From the NCBI GenBank assembly GCA_000934665.2, contig JYFJ02001667.1, positions 1-64,000 on the forward strand: a DNA stretch of 64,000 bases, written 5' to 3'. Positions 49,847 through 64,000 of the stretch are shown here, in pieces. A program made the position numbers and the translations under genes. Numbering within the stretch: the first letter of the stretch is position 1; each line of letters opens with the position of its first letter. The DNA is from Catajapyx aquilonaris. Lineage: Eukaryota. Below the pieces are notes generated by a model. The model was not told the DNA's origin, did no database searches, and saw nothing but the letters and a program-made list of their open reading frames with translations.

Positions 49847-51711
49847 GTAATGCATTAATTAAACCTCCAAAAATTATTAAAACGCAATCGAAGCACCTGA
49901 CTTGACAATGCACCGTAACGCTCTGTGACCCCCCCCCCCTGAAATTGCGTTAGGCTGACCAGTTTCCCCTACATTACTGGGAAATATCCGGCTTAATTTC
50001 GTCCGCGTTCGAGCACCCCAAATTCGCCAAACGCGAGGAGAATGGAGACCGCGGGGGAGGATATTTTGTAATAAAATTGGTCTCAAAGCTCACGCGGTAG
50101 TCCATAATAAAATGCGATAATTTGGTGCTGCACATTCTAGGGTTCGGCATGCGGGACTGGATTAGCATATGTAAAATAGATTCCTCCCTGATGCCTTATA
50201 ACACATTGTGACGTTGGACTGACCCCCTCACTTACCCGCTGAGTCTTGCATATATTAGGGATGACCCCCAGAGAATCACTTCTCTGACTTGATAGAAATA
50301 TTATTTGCATAATAACTTATCCACCTCAATATTACCTTATAGTTCCTAGGATAACTACATTCAATGTGGCAACAATGCAGGTTAGGTGACATTCGTGTTC
50401 ACCAGGGCTGCACTTTAGATGAATGGGCAGTACAACAGATGAAACATGATAGATCGTTTGCTATAAAGTACTAGTGACATATTAAAGAGTTCAAGAGGAT
50501 CCATTTCGCTGCAAGACCAGAAGCCAACTCGGGAACGTCCTCAACATGACCTGTTGCTCACATGGGGTCACGTAATAGACTTGGAGCCGGAAAGGCTCGG
50601 TAATTACAACCGCCTAGATTACACTCTAGCCACGCATAAATATTTGCACTAGAAAGCAATCTCTTAACTTGAAAGAAGCATGAGTGCATAGAGTGCATCA
50701 GGCAGCCTCTCCTTCTTCCAGACGACGGCAGAGGCGTCCTTAAGGATTACCATAATTAGCACCGGTTATTATCAGCCATAAGATCGTGTAATTACGAACC
50801 TGCAAGACGACGGAATTGCTTACATTAACTCATCTCGGTACGATGAAGGCTCCCGCCATTTCGAATGGCGTCACCCCTTCATATTTTGCTTCTCTAGGCT
50901 TTTGAACCAATAGATGAGAGGTTCCATGCCAACTGAACAAAAATGAAATTATTTGGTAGCTCGACCATCTCGAATTTTAACGTAAAAAATTATGGTGCTT
51001 ATTTGAGTGATGATCTGTCACAAAACAATAATCAGATGTTTAAAAAAAACCCTAGCAAGTTATGCGTAAGTAAAAAACGCAAATTTTCTGAAAAAAGTAA
51101 TTTGTGCATATTTTCTGTCTCGCGAGATACATCCACATCCCTATGGTGCAATGAATCACATTAACTTCCACGCAGGTTATGAATATATTACTAAATTAAG
51201 TGTAAATTAAACGTGTAATTTAAAATCAAACATCAAATTGTATAAAACTCAGTTGTTTTTAAACTGCATGAAAACAATATTTGCATTTGGATCAGGGGAC
51301 TCATAATTATATTATCAGCGTTATGGTTGCTGTGATGCATACCATGCTAATGTCAAGTCAATGAGACGGTTCCCCCCATCAACATTATTGCGAAATTTGA
51401 CCTCACATAATTATATCCCTCTATGTTTGGATTTTTTTTCTATTCGCCATCGATGTATCTCTCAAATATCCTTTCAGTAAAGCGCGAAAGGTTCGCGTAC
51501 CTCAACCAGAAACTGAGATATATTTTTGGTCCTTTGCGAATTTGAGTTTTTTTTTGTGTGTGTGGGGGGAGGGGAATTAAAAATTACTTTCACAAATAGG
51601 CACTTGACTTGAAATTAGCATGATAGGCAGCATGAATGACTGGCATACAAGTGAAACACACTAAGTCCAATTTTGGCGGTGGTGAGTTATTTACGTATAA
51701 CGTATAACACT

Positions 51712-51875
51712 GGAGATGTAGATGGCCGAGATGGTAACGTCTCGGCTTGCTGAGTGAAAGGCCCCAGGTTCGATCCCCGCCTGGGGAACTTCCTTTCACC
51801 TGCGTCGGGAGGGTCTCTGACCTGCACCTTGGAGGTGTCTGGCAACCTAACCTCCTGGGGAACAGCACATGACCC
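51712..51875 (+). mobile_element. SINE family B, 3'-truncated
   Basis: Closely matches the reverse complement of about 11299-11463. Confidence 0.85.
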
Positions 51876-54800
51876 CTTTATGCCGACGATATTATTATAC
51901 AAGTATACACCTGATTGTTCTCTAATCCTACTGCATGGTACTGTTTTCGTGCACTTTAAATACCACAATTTTTCGCATACGCTGATGTGTAATAATTATA
52001 CATCAAAGTGTGTGAAAAAATGTTAAACCTTGCAAGCTTTAATATAATTTGGTAATGTATTAATAATATACATATAATTCAATTTAATTTGATCAATTGC
52101 ATCACAAGGTTGTGGATGTGTCTCCGGGGGGGGGGGGGGGGAATTGAACGAGNGCACATGTTTTCGGAAAAATTATACCGGTACTTTTTGACTTGTGCAT
52201 ACGTGTGCCTTCTTTGCTTTGTTATAATAATTGCATTTTGACATACACACTCAGATTTTTTCGTCAAAATCCCAGAGGGTCGAGAGCGACATCATTATGT
52301 GGCTCACTTGATATTGAATGACCCATATGTAAGTGAGGGAAGGACACAGCTGCAGGGTTTAAGTGTTGATTTTGAGCTTGGATTTTGAGGGAATCCCGGA
52401 GAGGTGAGGCGTAGATCAGGGGTGTTTAAAATTTTGCTTTGACGCGAATAGCCATGGTAGCCTCTTATGATCGCAATTTTTGTAGGCTATACTTGACCTT
52501 TTAGAAAATACTGCAGTGGAGTAGAAATCAACTGCTTATCTCAGGAAAAGCGTGAATTTTGATCCGGAACAACCAATCTGCATCTAATCTGCTTCAACGT
52601 TCCATTGAAGTGGTCCACTAGATGAAAGAGCGTAGAGTTGCAATTTATAATTTCGCTACTATATGCTCTGTGGTTCACCGCTCAAGTCCCCAACTTAAGG
52701 AATGGGAATAGTATGGATTGTTACCCTACCATTCGGTTCAAGGGGAGCAACCCTATATGGAAGCAACTATCAAGGCCACATTCAATAATAATATTGTTGT
52801 CGCGATGGTTGCTTCGCTTTAATCTGGCTGCTGAAGTGAATAATCCATAACTTATATCCTCGCCTTCATAGTTGGATTGCGGACTCGGGAGGTGAGGTGC
52901 CTCACCTTGTATGGCAAAAGTTACGGTGCTTTAGTGTTCGCCCCTATCACCTTAGTTTCCATTGTTATAGTATTGCTGAGTTAAAAGACAACAATGGTGA
53001 TGTCATTTAGGCCTTTCAAAAATCAGAGTTACAGAATATTCTGTCGTCGACTTTTGCTGGCAGTCTCTGGTTGAAGTCAGGATATCCTAATATTTTAACA
53101 TCTCTCGCACGACATACATTACCCTGTCTCAAAAGGTTAGTACCGTTTGGTCGTAATTTTTATAGGCCTATAGAATTTCCCTCCAGAATCAACATAGCCA
53201 CATGATGGCAGAGATCTGTAGCTACTGCTGCACACAAACTCCATATCGATTGAAGCATTTAAAAAAACTCTGGCACTAGATTTTGTAAGTTCATGCCGAG
53301 AACTCTCGTAGTCAAACCCATTCCTTCTTTTCTTGGTCACTTCCAGGTGCTTGCCTGGCAAAGCTTTTTGGAAGTGGCGGAAAAGAGTGACGGTCACACA
53401 CTGCACGGTATGGGCCATGGTCTGGACTGTTTGGAGGAAGCTCAAAGACGTTCCACTTGAACTATTAGAAAAGGACGCAGGACAATGCGTGACTGCTGCA
53501 GATGGCAGTTCTTACTCGGTCTACACTCCAAATCTGGAAGAGCTCAAGCCTTTGAGCATTTAGACCATGATCCAGACCTTGCAACGAATGGCCTTCACTT
53601 TTTCCACACCTCGAGAAAAATATTTTGGCAGACGAGAACCTATAGGAAGTGACTCAGAGGGGAAAGAATAGGCTTGGCGACGAGAGTGCTCGACACAGGC
53701 TTACAAAATTTCCTACTAGAGTTAGAAACATTCTTCGATCCACGTGATGCTTCTGCACTGTGGTATAGCTAAAGTCTGTGGAATCATGTGGCTCCGTTGA
53801 TTTTTTTTTTAGAAAACTTTGCATTTTTTTTCAATTTTACTGCGTACCTTTGACCTTTCAGACGTGGCAGTATATGCATAGAGGAAAATATATAAAATTT
53901 TAAAAATATTGGGCAAATATTGTAACGGAAATTCCCAATATGAGGGAGCCAAATGAAAGTCCACATTCTTACATATTTTTCAAGTTGTCTTTTGGATGTT
54001 TTGTCCCACCGAAAGACAACTTTTCAAGGTGACAGCTGTCGTGGGCATAGCTGTTCCTTGCTCATAGAACAACCACCGAGCCGTACCGTCCACATGCTCT
54101 TCCGATGACAGATTTTTCAAATATATTACCAAATATATATGTCCCTGGACCTTCCAACAGTCCAGACTTGGGGATTAGTGATTAGTGATTAGTGGTTCTC
54201 TAAAAAATTGTGACTCTAACGAAATTATAATAGGAAGAGGCGGCTATGCTTCCTTGTGCAAAGGTGAGCCTCCCATGAAAAGGGACGGTGATAACTTGTG
54301 TTTCGGTAGGACAACAACTGTGTCTTTCAAAATGTAGGTGAAAATGTGTATTTTTTTGGCGCTCTCATGGGAGATAGTTTTTAAATTTAACAGTTACAAA
54401 ATATAGGCTGTATCGATTTGCCCTTCCCTATTAATCACATCCCATGAAAATCAGAAAATTATCACCAACGCAATTTTTTAATAATCTTGCCTGAGCAATA
54501 TATTAGCAAAGAAAATTACATTTGGCCAAGTGCACATATATGCAGCTATGAAAGAATAGAATGTGAGAAATATAATATAAAAATAGAAAGTATTGGTACC
54601 TGATTTTCTGTTTAAAGAATTGTACGAGTATCATTATTTTCCATTAGCAATCGCGTAATATTTTTCCTAATTATGTTCCGTGGAAACCACGATTCTTGAC
54701 ATTTCTTGCATATACTGTAGTTTCACAGCTACATCAAATGCATTCTTACGCACACGGGGTATATGCCTACCAATAAATACGACGTAATTGTCAAATATGC

Positions 54801-56697
54801 AGGTGCAAATATGCGCTGATGAAGGCATGATTAACATACCACATATTGTTTGTGAATATGCGACATGAAAATGAGAAAATTAATGAATGCCAATGTGTCA
54901 CAAGCGAGAGAACAAATAATAGGATTATAAAAGAGAATAGGCTAATCATGAAACTAGTAGTAACATTTATTTGGGCACTAATGCTAAAGTAAGTGATCTT
55001 GCACTTCTATTGCACCGCCATTCCGGATAAAGATGGTAATTAATTATGGGGAAATCCTGCATTAAACTTGACAAAATGCCAGCATGAAAACAAGAATTAA
55101 AGTAGTATAGTACGGTATATTACACTACACTACAAAATAACATTATTTGTAGCCGGGACAAAAAAGAGCTATCTACAAACACGAAATGCCATGACCCAGG
55201 GCAAATTCCAGAGCATTGCTGTCTTGAAGTTGCAAAATGGCACAGTAGGCCTACACATCAGTAGTAGAAGGAATGGGGAAGTATTCATAAAAATAGGTCT
55301 GAACTGTCAATAGATGGGTCGGATTTCCTGGCGAGGGACACAAAGAAGAGATTTTAGCAGCCTGAGAAGATGACTGAGAAGGGGGACTAAAAGGGGATAA
55401 GTCAAGTGGATGTCACTAACTGTCGGACAGTCCAAAAAATCCCCGTAAAGATTTTAAAATTATTGCGACTCTAATACACTATAAATTATTTGTGTGTGGT
55501 GAACAAGCAATAAATTGTTGTATTTCAACGTGCCCTGCAAAAAATGTGTTCCATAACCTTTACACGCTGACCTAAAAACCATACGGAATTACCTAACAAC
55601 ATTATGTTATCGTTTAATATGTTTGTTACGTGCAACTTGAATATACGTATTAATGATAATGTTATTCTACCTCTGTCAGCGCCTACTATATATTTTGGTA
55701 ATCTAATTCCAGGAAGCAATTTATACTGAATTTATTTCAACGTTTAGTTTTATTGTAAAATAATATTATCATAACATAAAATATTTACCGATTTCGAATA
55801 CCCACCATTAAGAACATATAAACAATTGTTAACATTTTATCGAAAATAGTTCAGCCGTGGCAATGCAAAATTGATTTTAGAGCTGACTTTGTGTCAGCTA
55901 TAATCATATTTAATGAATATATATTTTACAACGTTACACCTGCCATTACACTAGGGAACACAATTGAACTATTTTTGGCACTTGTATATGAATGTGTTAT
56001 TCTTATTGTATTCTTTGTGCTGATTTCAAATATGTTAACCGATATTTTGTATCACCTACAGTTTTTGAGCAATATTGGCATTTTCATGGTATCAAAAAGC
56101 CTTTTTAAATGTGGCTATAGTCATGCATTTTGAAATGACTAATAGGGCTTGGCATGGGCTTGGTATGGATTAGTTATGATATCCCCATTGTAGATATACC
56201 AAAATCCTCTTATGGAATAATGTTTACATAAAATATGGATAAGGTGACAATGAGCAATGTGCGGTAATTCTAGAAAACAAGGTATATGCTTGTTACCTTA
56301 GACAATACAAGGGTATTGTCTAGGCTTGTTACATGAAAATGGATGCCGATATTAAAATTCTGACTTCATATTCACAATTAGCGCCTCGGGGGAGTACGGC
56401 CTGTTACAAAAAACGGATGTCGATAGAAACATTTTGACGTCAAATTCAAACTCATAGCATACTAATACATAATGAAAAGTGAAAATGGCGCATTTAACAA
56501 AACCGTTCTTGACCATACATTAGTCACATTGAGCAATGTACAGTGTACTTTCCGCAAAATAAGGTATGGCTGTTACAAAAAAAATGGAGGGTGATGGACA
56601 CTTTCTGACGTCATATTCGGATTCAGCGCATATGAATGCATTAGAAACAGCTAAAATGGTTCATGTGCGAAAATCCTTGTAGACTAGTGTTATTAGA

Positions 56698-57225
56698 CAG
56701 GGTGAAATGAAACAGTTGATTATTTTAGGAGATGCAACGACATGGAACGAACACGGGAGTTTCATATGAATCGCCACCTGGAAGCTGTTGGTTGCAAGAA
56801 AGAAGGCCACCTAGAAGAATGGCCGTTTTCAGAATTGCAACACTAGTTGGGCTATGAATCTGCACTTGCCTAATACAGTAATTGCCCTCGACGAGCTGTA
56901 TTTTGGCCCTTTAGTTCTCTTAAGTTGGGGCAATGGTAATCCGGAGGAGGAATATATTCTAGTCCAGGGTTTTTGGAACTATTTAGAAATTCCTTTGCTG
57001 AAGGATTTAGAGTTGGAAGGAGTCCGTGTCTTTCAGACCCTCTCAGTTTCTTCCACACATATTCCTGCTTACACATCTGAATGCGGGGGGAAAAGCCGTA
57101 AACAGGATTTCATGTTGGAAGGCGCGTCCCACTCTGGTCCCACTTGTTGGAGATCAACTCTACACAGTCCGCCTCTCACTTGTCTCAACTCTCAACTGGG
57201 ATAGAGACTGTGTAAAGTAATATTT
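56698..57225 (+). mobile_element. Decayed Tc1/mariner element with transposase fragment
   Basis: CAGGGTG start; ORF 56854-57204 contains FGPL..., FWNYLEIPLLKDL..RVFQ and HSGPTCW..SPPLTCLNSQLG, resembling the mariner/Tc1 motif GPxxWPPRSPDLTPLDFFLWG. Confidence 0.55.
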
Positions 57226-57728
57226 TCCTGGCCTTAGCCTAAGGGTGATGTTGGTTTATGAGGGCTTTCCCATCCCAAATGGAACTACGGAAAATTTTCA
57301 GTTTCCCGTATGTTTAAAAAAGTACGGGCCCTGGTTGGGCTACGTACAGTGCAGTATGCAGACTCTCCTGCAGGCTACTCAAACCTCCTTCCATCTACTT
57401 GACTAAAAGCAAACATTATCTAAGTACAGATGCGACATACAGTATGTAAAATCCTGCAACAAGAAGTTATGCATGGACGGTTGAAATTCAAATTGTGAGA
57501 CTTTTATGAATGTGTCAGTAAAACTGCAATGAATTTCTTGCCACCGATACCTATCACGACGTGCTATAATATCGTGAAACCTCCCTATATAGCGGATCTG
57601 TATATCGGAAATCTCCACTACGAAGTTTTTGTTTTGTCCCGATGGAAGACTTGTATCTTAATATTAAAGTGTTACTGTACCGCGGTACTTCATTTATAGG
57701 CCTATACTAATCATATCTAATGGTTCTA

Positions 57729-58060
57729 GGGGAGGCGGAGTGGTGCTGCGGTAACGTATTCGCCCACGGATGTTAAGGTCCCGGGTTCGATCCCAACCCG
57801 GGGACACCCCCTTCATCTCGCGAAGAGTTAAGCGGTCGTCTCTGGCTTCGTCTCGGGTGGTATTTCCATTTCCACAGACTAACCCCGGGGGAGTTCACTA
57901 AAAATGGCCACAGCGTCAGATGCACTGCACCTTGCACATCCCCTCCTGTCATCCTGCCCGTGGGCCCGGGCATTTTCAAATGACTAGGCTCCATGTGCCA
58001 TCATCAAATAAAGGTCCGTGCGATATGCCCTCAGGTGGGGGCGAAAGCACATTACCCCAG

Positions 58061-58130
<70 letters not shown>
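57729..58130 (+). mobile_element. SINE family A, full length with (ATT)n tail
   Basis: A box tggtgctgcgg, B box ggttcgatccc, (ATT)~23 tail at 58062-58130, 16-bp TSD ATATCTAATGGTTCTA (57713-57728, 58131-58146). Confidence 0.92.
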
Positions 58131-58134
<4 letters not shown>

Positions 58135-59649
58135 CTAATGGTTCTAAAAGCAGTTCAGCAATAGGTTCCTGTTTTCTACGAACTGGAAAATTTAATGCGG
58201 CCCTATAGGGGACAGAAGGTGGAAGGTTGTAATATATTTCTGAATTTCTGGATATGTTGGAAAGCGTTGAACCAGAATGCAGCAGCATGATAGGTGCCAG
58301 CAAGATGCATATATACTCTGCATAGAATCCCGAGCACTGTAAGCTACTGGGCTTGGGCTTAGTAATAATGTGCTATATTTTTCGGCGAGTTCTGCGCTTT
58401 CCTCCTCGCTGATGGTTTGGAGCGATAAGGTGTTTAGTTGGGGATGCCTGCGAGCTGTGAAATCCTCGCTACACAGAATTACTTCGTGCAGAACATGTCA
58501 GCAGGCCGTCTTGCTATGGGCAACTGTTGCAGAAATTACATTACGCAAGGGGTTTTTTTTTTGAAGAATGTACAGTGCATTTGAAAAGCTGGGCACAGAA
58601 TATAACAACAAATTTAGTAGCAAGCCCTACTATACATTTCAGAAATTATCATTTGCTTTAGTGTCGCTGTAGGGGCCTACAATAATTAATAACGGAATTA
58701 TTAATTACAGGTATATTACACGCTGCTCTATGACTTAATAATTATTGTTACTACTATTGCCTAGATCTAGGAAATTCACACTACAGTGGTGCATTTATGA
58801 AAGGTCTTTCAATATCCAAGTCCTCAGATTAAGGGAAATTAATACCTAGTCATGTGAATGTGAACTGGACTATTGTAACAATAAGTAAAAACTGGGTAGG
58901 CTACACTTACAGAGTTACAGGCAATGCTCCTCACGGTAGAAGGTATACTTTAACTTTTACATGCCCTAGAAAAAACCCAACTGAAGCGGAGGTAAATTGC
59001 TGCACAATCTATAGTGACGTCAGATGTGCATACGCCTGCTTTAAGTACGGTATCGAACTTTGTGCTAACAACGACCGTATTGATGAAAAAGCAATAATCC
59101 TCTCAATGACGCTCAGATTTTTCATATCATAAAATTGTGTGGTCTGCACATGGAGGACTTTTCCGTAGTACAATAATACGCGTAATAACGGATAAACTTC
59201 CAGAAGCAAAAGACGAATCCACAGCATGCCACATAGGCTTACATGCTGTCATTTGTCTGAAATGAACCGTTCAATATATTGAAATTTTTATTCGCATTTT
59301 CGACATGACACAAATATCAATATTTGGAAACCAATATTGCATCGCTATTTTTTCCATATATGCCGGCCCATCTTCAATAGTATTGGCTGTACACCTGCTA
59401 TTAACCATAGAAATAACCTCATAATCGATGTAAGTAACTGTATTTGGAGTGACAGATTTCCGGATAGTAGATTGATAGTAACACGCCGCGATTTTATCAG
59501 GATTTTGCCACAGGCGCTCATATTTTGAAGCATTTGGATGGATTTAGGCGTGAATTTATTTATAGATAAAAAATATGTCGATACACCCATTAGTTTCCCA
59601 ATTTGTCAAATTGTCAGCAATAGTTTAACTGTGCCTTGCGATTCTATAG

Positions 59650-62400
59650 AGAGGAAGGAAATTAAACATCTTTTCTCATTTCCAAAAGAGCCATTTCCCC
59701 TATATATGGTATAAATAAGAAGCAGAGCACTTTTGGAGAGGAGGTTATATCAATTTCCCTATTCCCTAAAAGTAACGGACATCTCTTTGGCGATCCTATG
59801 TTTGCGTCTTCCGAGTTCCATAGAACGACCATTCCATCCCTATAGTTCTCCAGCGCAGCAGTAAAACCCAGAACGAAGGCAGGCCATTCGGACACCATCA
59901 GATAGGCTGTACATTCGCACTGGGACTCTTTTTCCCTTCCACCAAATAACGTTTTATAGAATGGCCTGGCCCTGAGGTAACACACTGCTGACGTTTCTGC
60001 AAACATACTCGGAATTGAGATTAATTAATCAAATAGATCATCGCGTTCTTAAATATTAATTTAGAGATATCACATTTCACTGAGGCACTGGTAGGCTATA
60101 TGTTTGTATATTTTTCTGGAATTACACATTGGTGGGTTTAATTTACATAATACAGGTACATTCCAATATTTCATCATAAGAATAAAAGTAGTCCGCAGCC
60201 GGTTCAGAGGGAATCTAATTTCTACGAGTAGTTAGACACCTGCTCTACCACTACTGCCGCTTAGTATTCTACCATTTTCCGTGTATACTTATATCAGAAA
60301 GCAGAAATTTGATATATGACGCTTACAAAAAAAAGTGAACAACATGAAAACTGATCCATGCATTTCAGTACAACGGAATAAAAAAAGGCATGCACTGCCC
60401 GAGGACATTCTCTGAAAGGAATCGTGTTACGCCATCATTTTCCGTCGCACAATTCTAACTATTTAACATAAAAAAACACACCGCATTTCAAAAATCGGTA
60501 GAGGTCACACAAAAAAATTATCTACAATCAACCTTTTGCACAGTAGCCCCTGACCTATGTTTGAATCAGGTCCTACTGCCGTCATGGCATCCTTGGACTT
60601 TAGTAATTATCAGTAAGCCGCAGGTTGAGTGGCAAAAACCTAGATCGAACGCATTGATTCACTCAGTCGGCACAGCTCTAATATAATCCGACGTGAAAAA
60701 GTGGAAGGGGAGTGAGTGAATGGCGCAAGTGATGTGGGAGGGTAGGTGGGAGGAAAGGGGAAGGCGGGGAAGGGGGATTGTGTGCTATGAGAAGGAGAGC
60801 CAGCAGCCATATCTCCTTCTGGCGACTCTTGGCTCTCAGCCTGATTACAGTTCTCCTGACTTACAGATGTTCTAGGCACTAGTCTGCATTTGTCCGATGG
60901 AAACTGAGAGACTGAGGATACCCGGTCGTCAGAAGCTCGCCTTTTCTCCAGGGGAGTATTACCCAGATATAGGCCAATTTGGTTACAAACCAGCAGCAAA
61001 ACTCTTATGTTCTATTAAGCAGTTGATAGGTGATATTCACTCGCATTTTTTTTAAGGAGAAGGAATGCTTGTCACGAGAAAGCGTTAAATACATTTTGGT
61101 CACTGAGGGTTATCACCGAGGTTATCATTCTCTGGTCCGAGCACAGGAAAAGTGCGTATGTATGGTCCTGCAGGCCAAAAATTATGCATTATCAAGCCAG
61201 TTAGCGGGCAAAAGATTGATTGGCGATAATTGCTTTTCAGGTGGCTGATGAGCCAGGTATTGACCAATAATCTATACCTTGTGCTTGTATGATTTCTGAG
61301 GGGAAATTGTCTGTGAGTAGGGGAGATGCAAACATGCCGCACTTTTGCAGGGTCGTACACTTTCCTTTTCTGGACCAGAAAACACTGAAGCTGTGAAACA
61401 GTGCATCAGATAACATATGGTTTTCATTGAACCGAATACAATCATCAAAATAGTCCTGGCGACCTAGATGGCTACAATCCTTTCGAAATTATTCGGTGTC
61501 CAAAGGTATTTTGTAGTATTATTTGATGCATGTTTTCTTATCCGACCTGTGACACGTTAGTGTGGAAGTAGCCATACGGAAGCTGTTAACCAATCAACTG
61601 AATCACTTACTTGCCTTTTTCTCAACCAGTAAGTTTATATCCGTATTCACGGTCTTCTCTAAAAGAACTGATGATGAATAAAAGAATTTTATAATTATTT
61701 AGGGTTGGCGTATTAGGCATCACACAACAATATAATTACGGAGAATGCAGCGTTTCTTCGTGAATATATGGGGATTGTCAGTGGCTCATATCTTCATGTG
61801 CTCACGAAGTAAGCATTGCATCAACTACATAGAACTCTTCCATAATTAACAGCACTCGTAGAAGATATTTAACAAAAACAGGATGTCGCAGCGAGTGAAT
61901 CACCCTATATATATAGTATGCAAATGGGTATTGGATTTCCTGTATAGTATGTTTCCAGTATTCATATATTGTTCCCTTTCCGCTCGATGACTACGTACAG
62001 TGCAGATTTCTCCGTTTTCATTATGGTAATGTGATGCATTTCAATTAATAGAGAAGTTTTGTAGATCGTATCACTTAGTGTTCTCATGTCATGAGCGATA
62101 TTTTGTCAGGTCATACTTTTTTGTTGCCTCGAAGAGTAATTAATATATTGATAAATAATTTTGGATGTGCTGGACAAAGAGTAAACGCCGAAGTTCCACT
62201 GTTGCGAATGATTCATTTTTGTGCTGTGAACATCCTTCCATATGAATAAACAGGACAATGTCAAAGTCGATGATGATTTAATATCTAGATTCTAGAGTAT
62301 CTACTTATTAATAAATTGCCTTGTGACATTAAAACGCAATAAGGGTAACCCCTATCTCGTAATGCATCTCTCCTTATGGGATAATGATTGAAAATCCTAA
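59650..62400 (-). mobile_element. Fragmented, decayed LINE (RT and C-terminal zinc-finger region), interrupted by other sequence
   Basis: Frameshifted SNYR(P)INLLP near 61235, LYLGNTPLEK near 60970, and MACLRSG..KRCPL..EID..KC near 59730-59890, in LINE ORF2 order. Confidence 0.5.
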
Positions 62401-63723
62401 GTTAATTAAATACTTCATTCTGGGTCGACATAAGTCAATAAAGGTGCATAATATCCAGGCCATTACCATAAAATCGGGAAGCTGAAATTTAAAATGAGGC
62501 CGGAGAACAGACAAATTATTATGTTTAAAAATTAAGTAAAAAAGCAAACGGATTTGGAATGATAACATAAACATTAAGGAGTAATAAAATTACGAGTAAT
62601 TTTCACATATTCCAGGCGTCAACATCGGTCGACATAATCCATCATTACGTCCGTTACGAAACAAATCAGTAATCATTTTCATTATCCAACATCCAATTGT
62701 GTGTGACTCCACCTGCTTCAAAAACAGTTACGCAATTAATGTACAATATATTTTCCCATAATGAGAATTTTGCAGATGAACCCGCCACCATAGACAGCTT
62801 CACTCGTAAAAAAAAAACTACCGATGCAGGTTAGGAAAGAAACAAAAATTACGAAATGTTCCCTTCGTTGGGGTTGTATTCTTTGTTTTTGTGCGTTTAT
62901 AGGAGTTATACAGTATATTCGTAGGCAAATTGTAGCTGATATACAATTAGTTCACTTTCCCGTTAGTAACTTTCTGGGTAAAATGAGAAATTTTCTTCTT
63001 TGAAGACAAGACTCAAAAGGAGGACTCATCTTCATATCAGTATGCCTGTACAACTAATGAGCTAGTAGTTATTAGCGACAGAGATCCATTACCTTGAAGA
63101 CAGAATTTGCATGACATTGTGTCTCACTTTTGTTTCAGGCAATGTGTTTTTTTTTGCTTGACTCAGAAGACTCATCATGTTGGCCGTCGACTTTGAGTCA
63201 GTGTGTCTGTGGAATTACGGGAAAAGGCTTCTCAAGAGAATGTTACAGCCTCAAAAGCAGTGCTGGCAGCCAAAAGAACAATTATTTATGATCTTAATAG
63301 AAGAAGGGTTCCCCAATACTTCTCCCTGGTTAATTTTACTTGTAAGATCTCAATGTCGGGATATATTCTGGTTAAAGTAATAAGCATGGATGGAGGTACT
63401 GTACAGTAATTGAGTTTGAGACCAGAATCGTGTCCCTTCGTGTTTCCTAACGAATAATTAACACCTGTTCACTCAAACGAGAGAGAAGAAACCACGAGGG
63501 AGTTGGACAATCAGCTGAATCTTGGGTTAATCTTGTATGCTTAGAGGGTGAATCCCTATGTAAACTTTTCATTTAACGACCCTGTTAATCTGGAGCCTTA
63601 ACGCGACCTGTATCTGCTGATGCATTTATTATAAATCATCAAAATGTTACCTTGCATTATATTTCTGTGATTTTCACAACAATTCTACCTAACCGTTTAT
63701 ACACAGCCCATATACTGGATAAT

Positions 63724-63868
63724 TTATGTTAGGCTCAAACCACGGAAACGCCCATTGGCCGAAAAAAACGACCAGGCCTAGGTCTGGTCGCCTCAAAACA
63801 GCCAGACCTAGGCCTGGTGGTTTTTTTCGGCCAATAACGGCCATTTTCGGGGTTTGAGCCTAACATAA
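63724..63868. mobile_element. Small foldback MITE
   Basis: Outer arms ttatgttaggctcaaacc/ggtttgagcctaacataa; inner arms ttggccgaaaaaaacgaccaggcctaggtctgg and its near reverse complement. Confidence 0.75.
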
Positions 63869-64000
63869 TTATATACACACTGACTTGAGACCCTCATTAT
63901 AATTATGGATTCAAGTTCTCCAGTCATGTACACTAGGCCTGTATATGTAATAATTCCAGAAGATGTAAGTTACCTTAATTGTGAAATACAATACTGTATA

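Noticed and set aside
56330..56690. CRISPR-like spaced repeats (three degenerate aaaa(t/c)gga...tgacgtca units)
   Set aside because: Units are divergent, irregularly spaced, in a eukaryotic context and without cas genes; likely internal repeats of a DNA transposon.
57920..58303. Poly-Tyr / poly-Ile proteins
   Set aside because: Translations of the (ATT)n SINE tail.

Overview
Eukaryotic, most likely arthropod, genomic DNA: intron-rich, AT-rich and dense with repeats. It is not prokaryotic, and I found no CRISPR array or operon. Recognisable genes: (1) the last two coding exons of an A-type muscarinic acetylcholine receptor (minus strand, 12205-11911 and 9964-9195; the TM1-TM5 exons were not found in the window); (2) the last two exons of a WAC/wacky-like gene (minus strand, 25869-25410), whose upstream exons look decayed; (3) a dispersed, co-oriented cluster of four full-length tRNA-Ser genes (2 AGA, 2 CGA) plus two tRNA-Ser pseudogenes (28.8-49.5 kb). 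The rest is mobile-element material: five tRNA-derived SINE types, many with target-site duplications (TSDs); hAT, Tc1/mariner, PIF/Harbinger and ISL2EU-like MITEs; decayed LINE, Tc1/mariner and possibly Helitron coding remnants; a 480-bp local duplication; and two perfect palindromes. I do not see a convincing new multi-gene system. The most interesting observations are the possible nesting of the WAC remnant and tRNA cluster in a receptor intron, mosaic tRNA-Ser isoacceptors, a filled/empty MITE site pair inside a three-level nest, and modular SINEs sharing body and tail. All protein-family assignments come from remembered motifs, not database searches.
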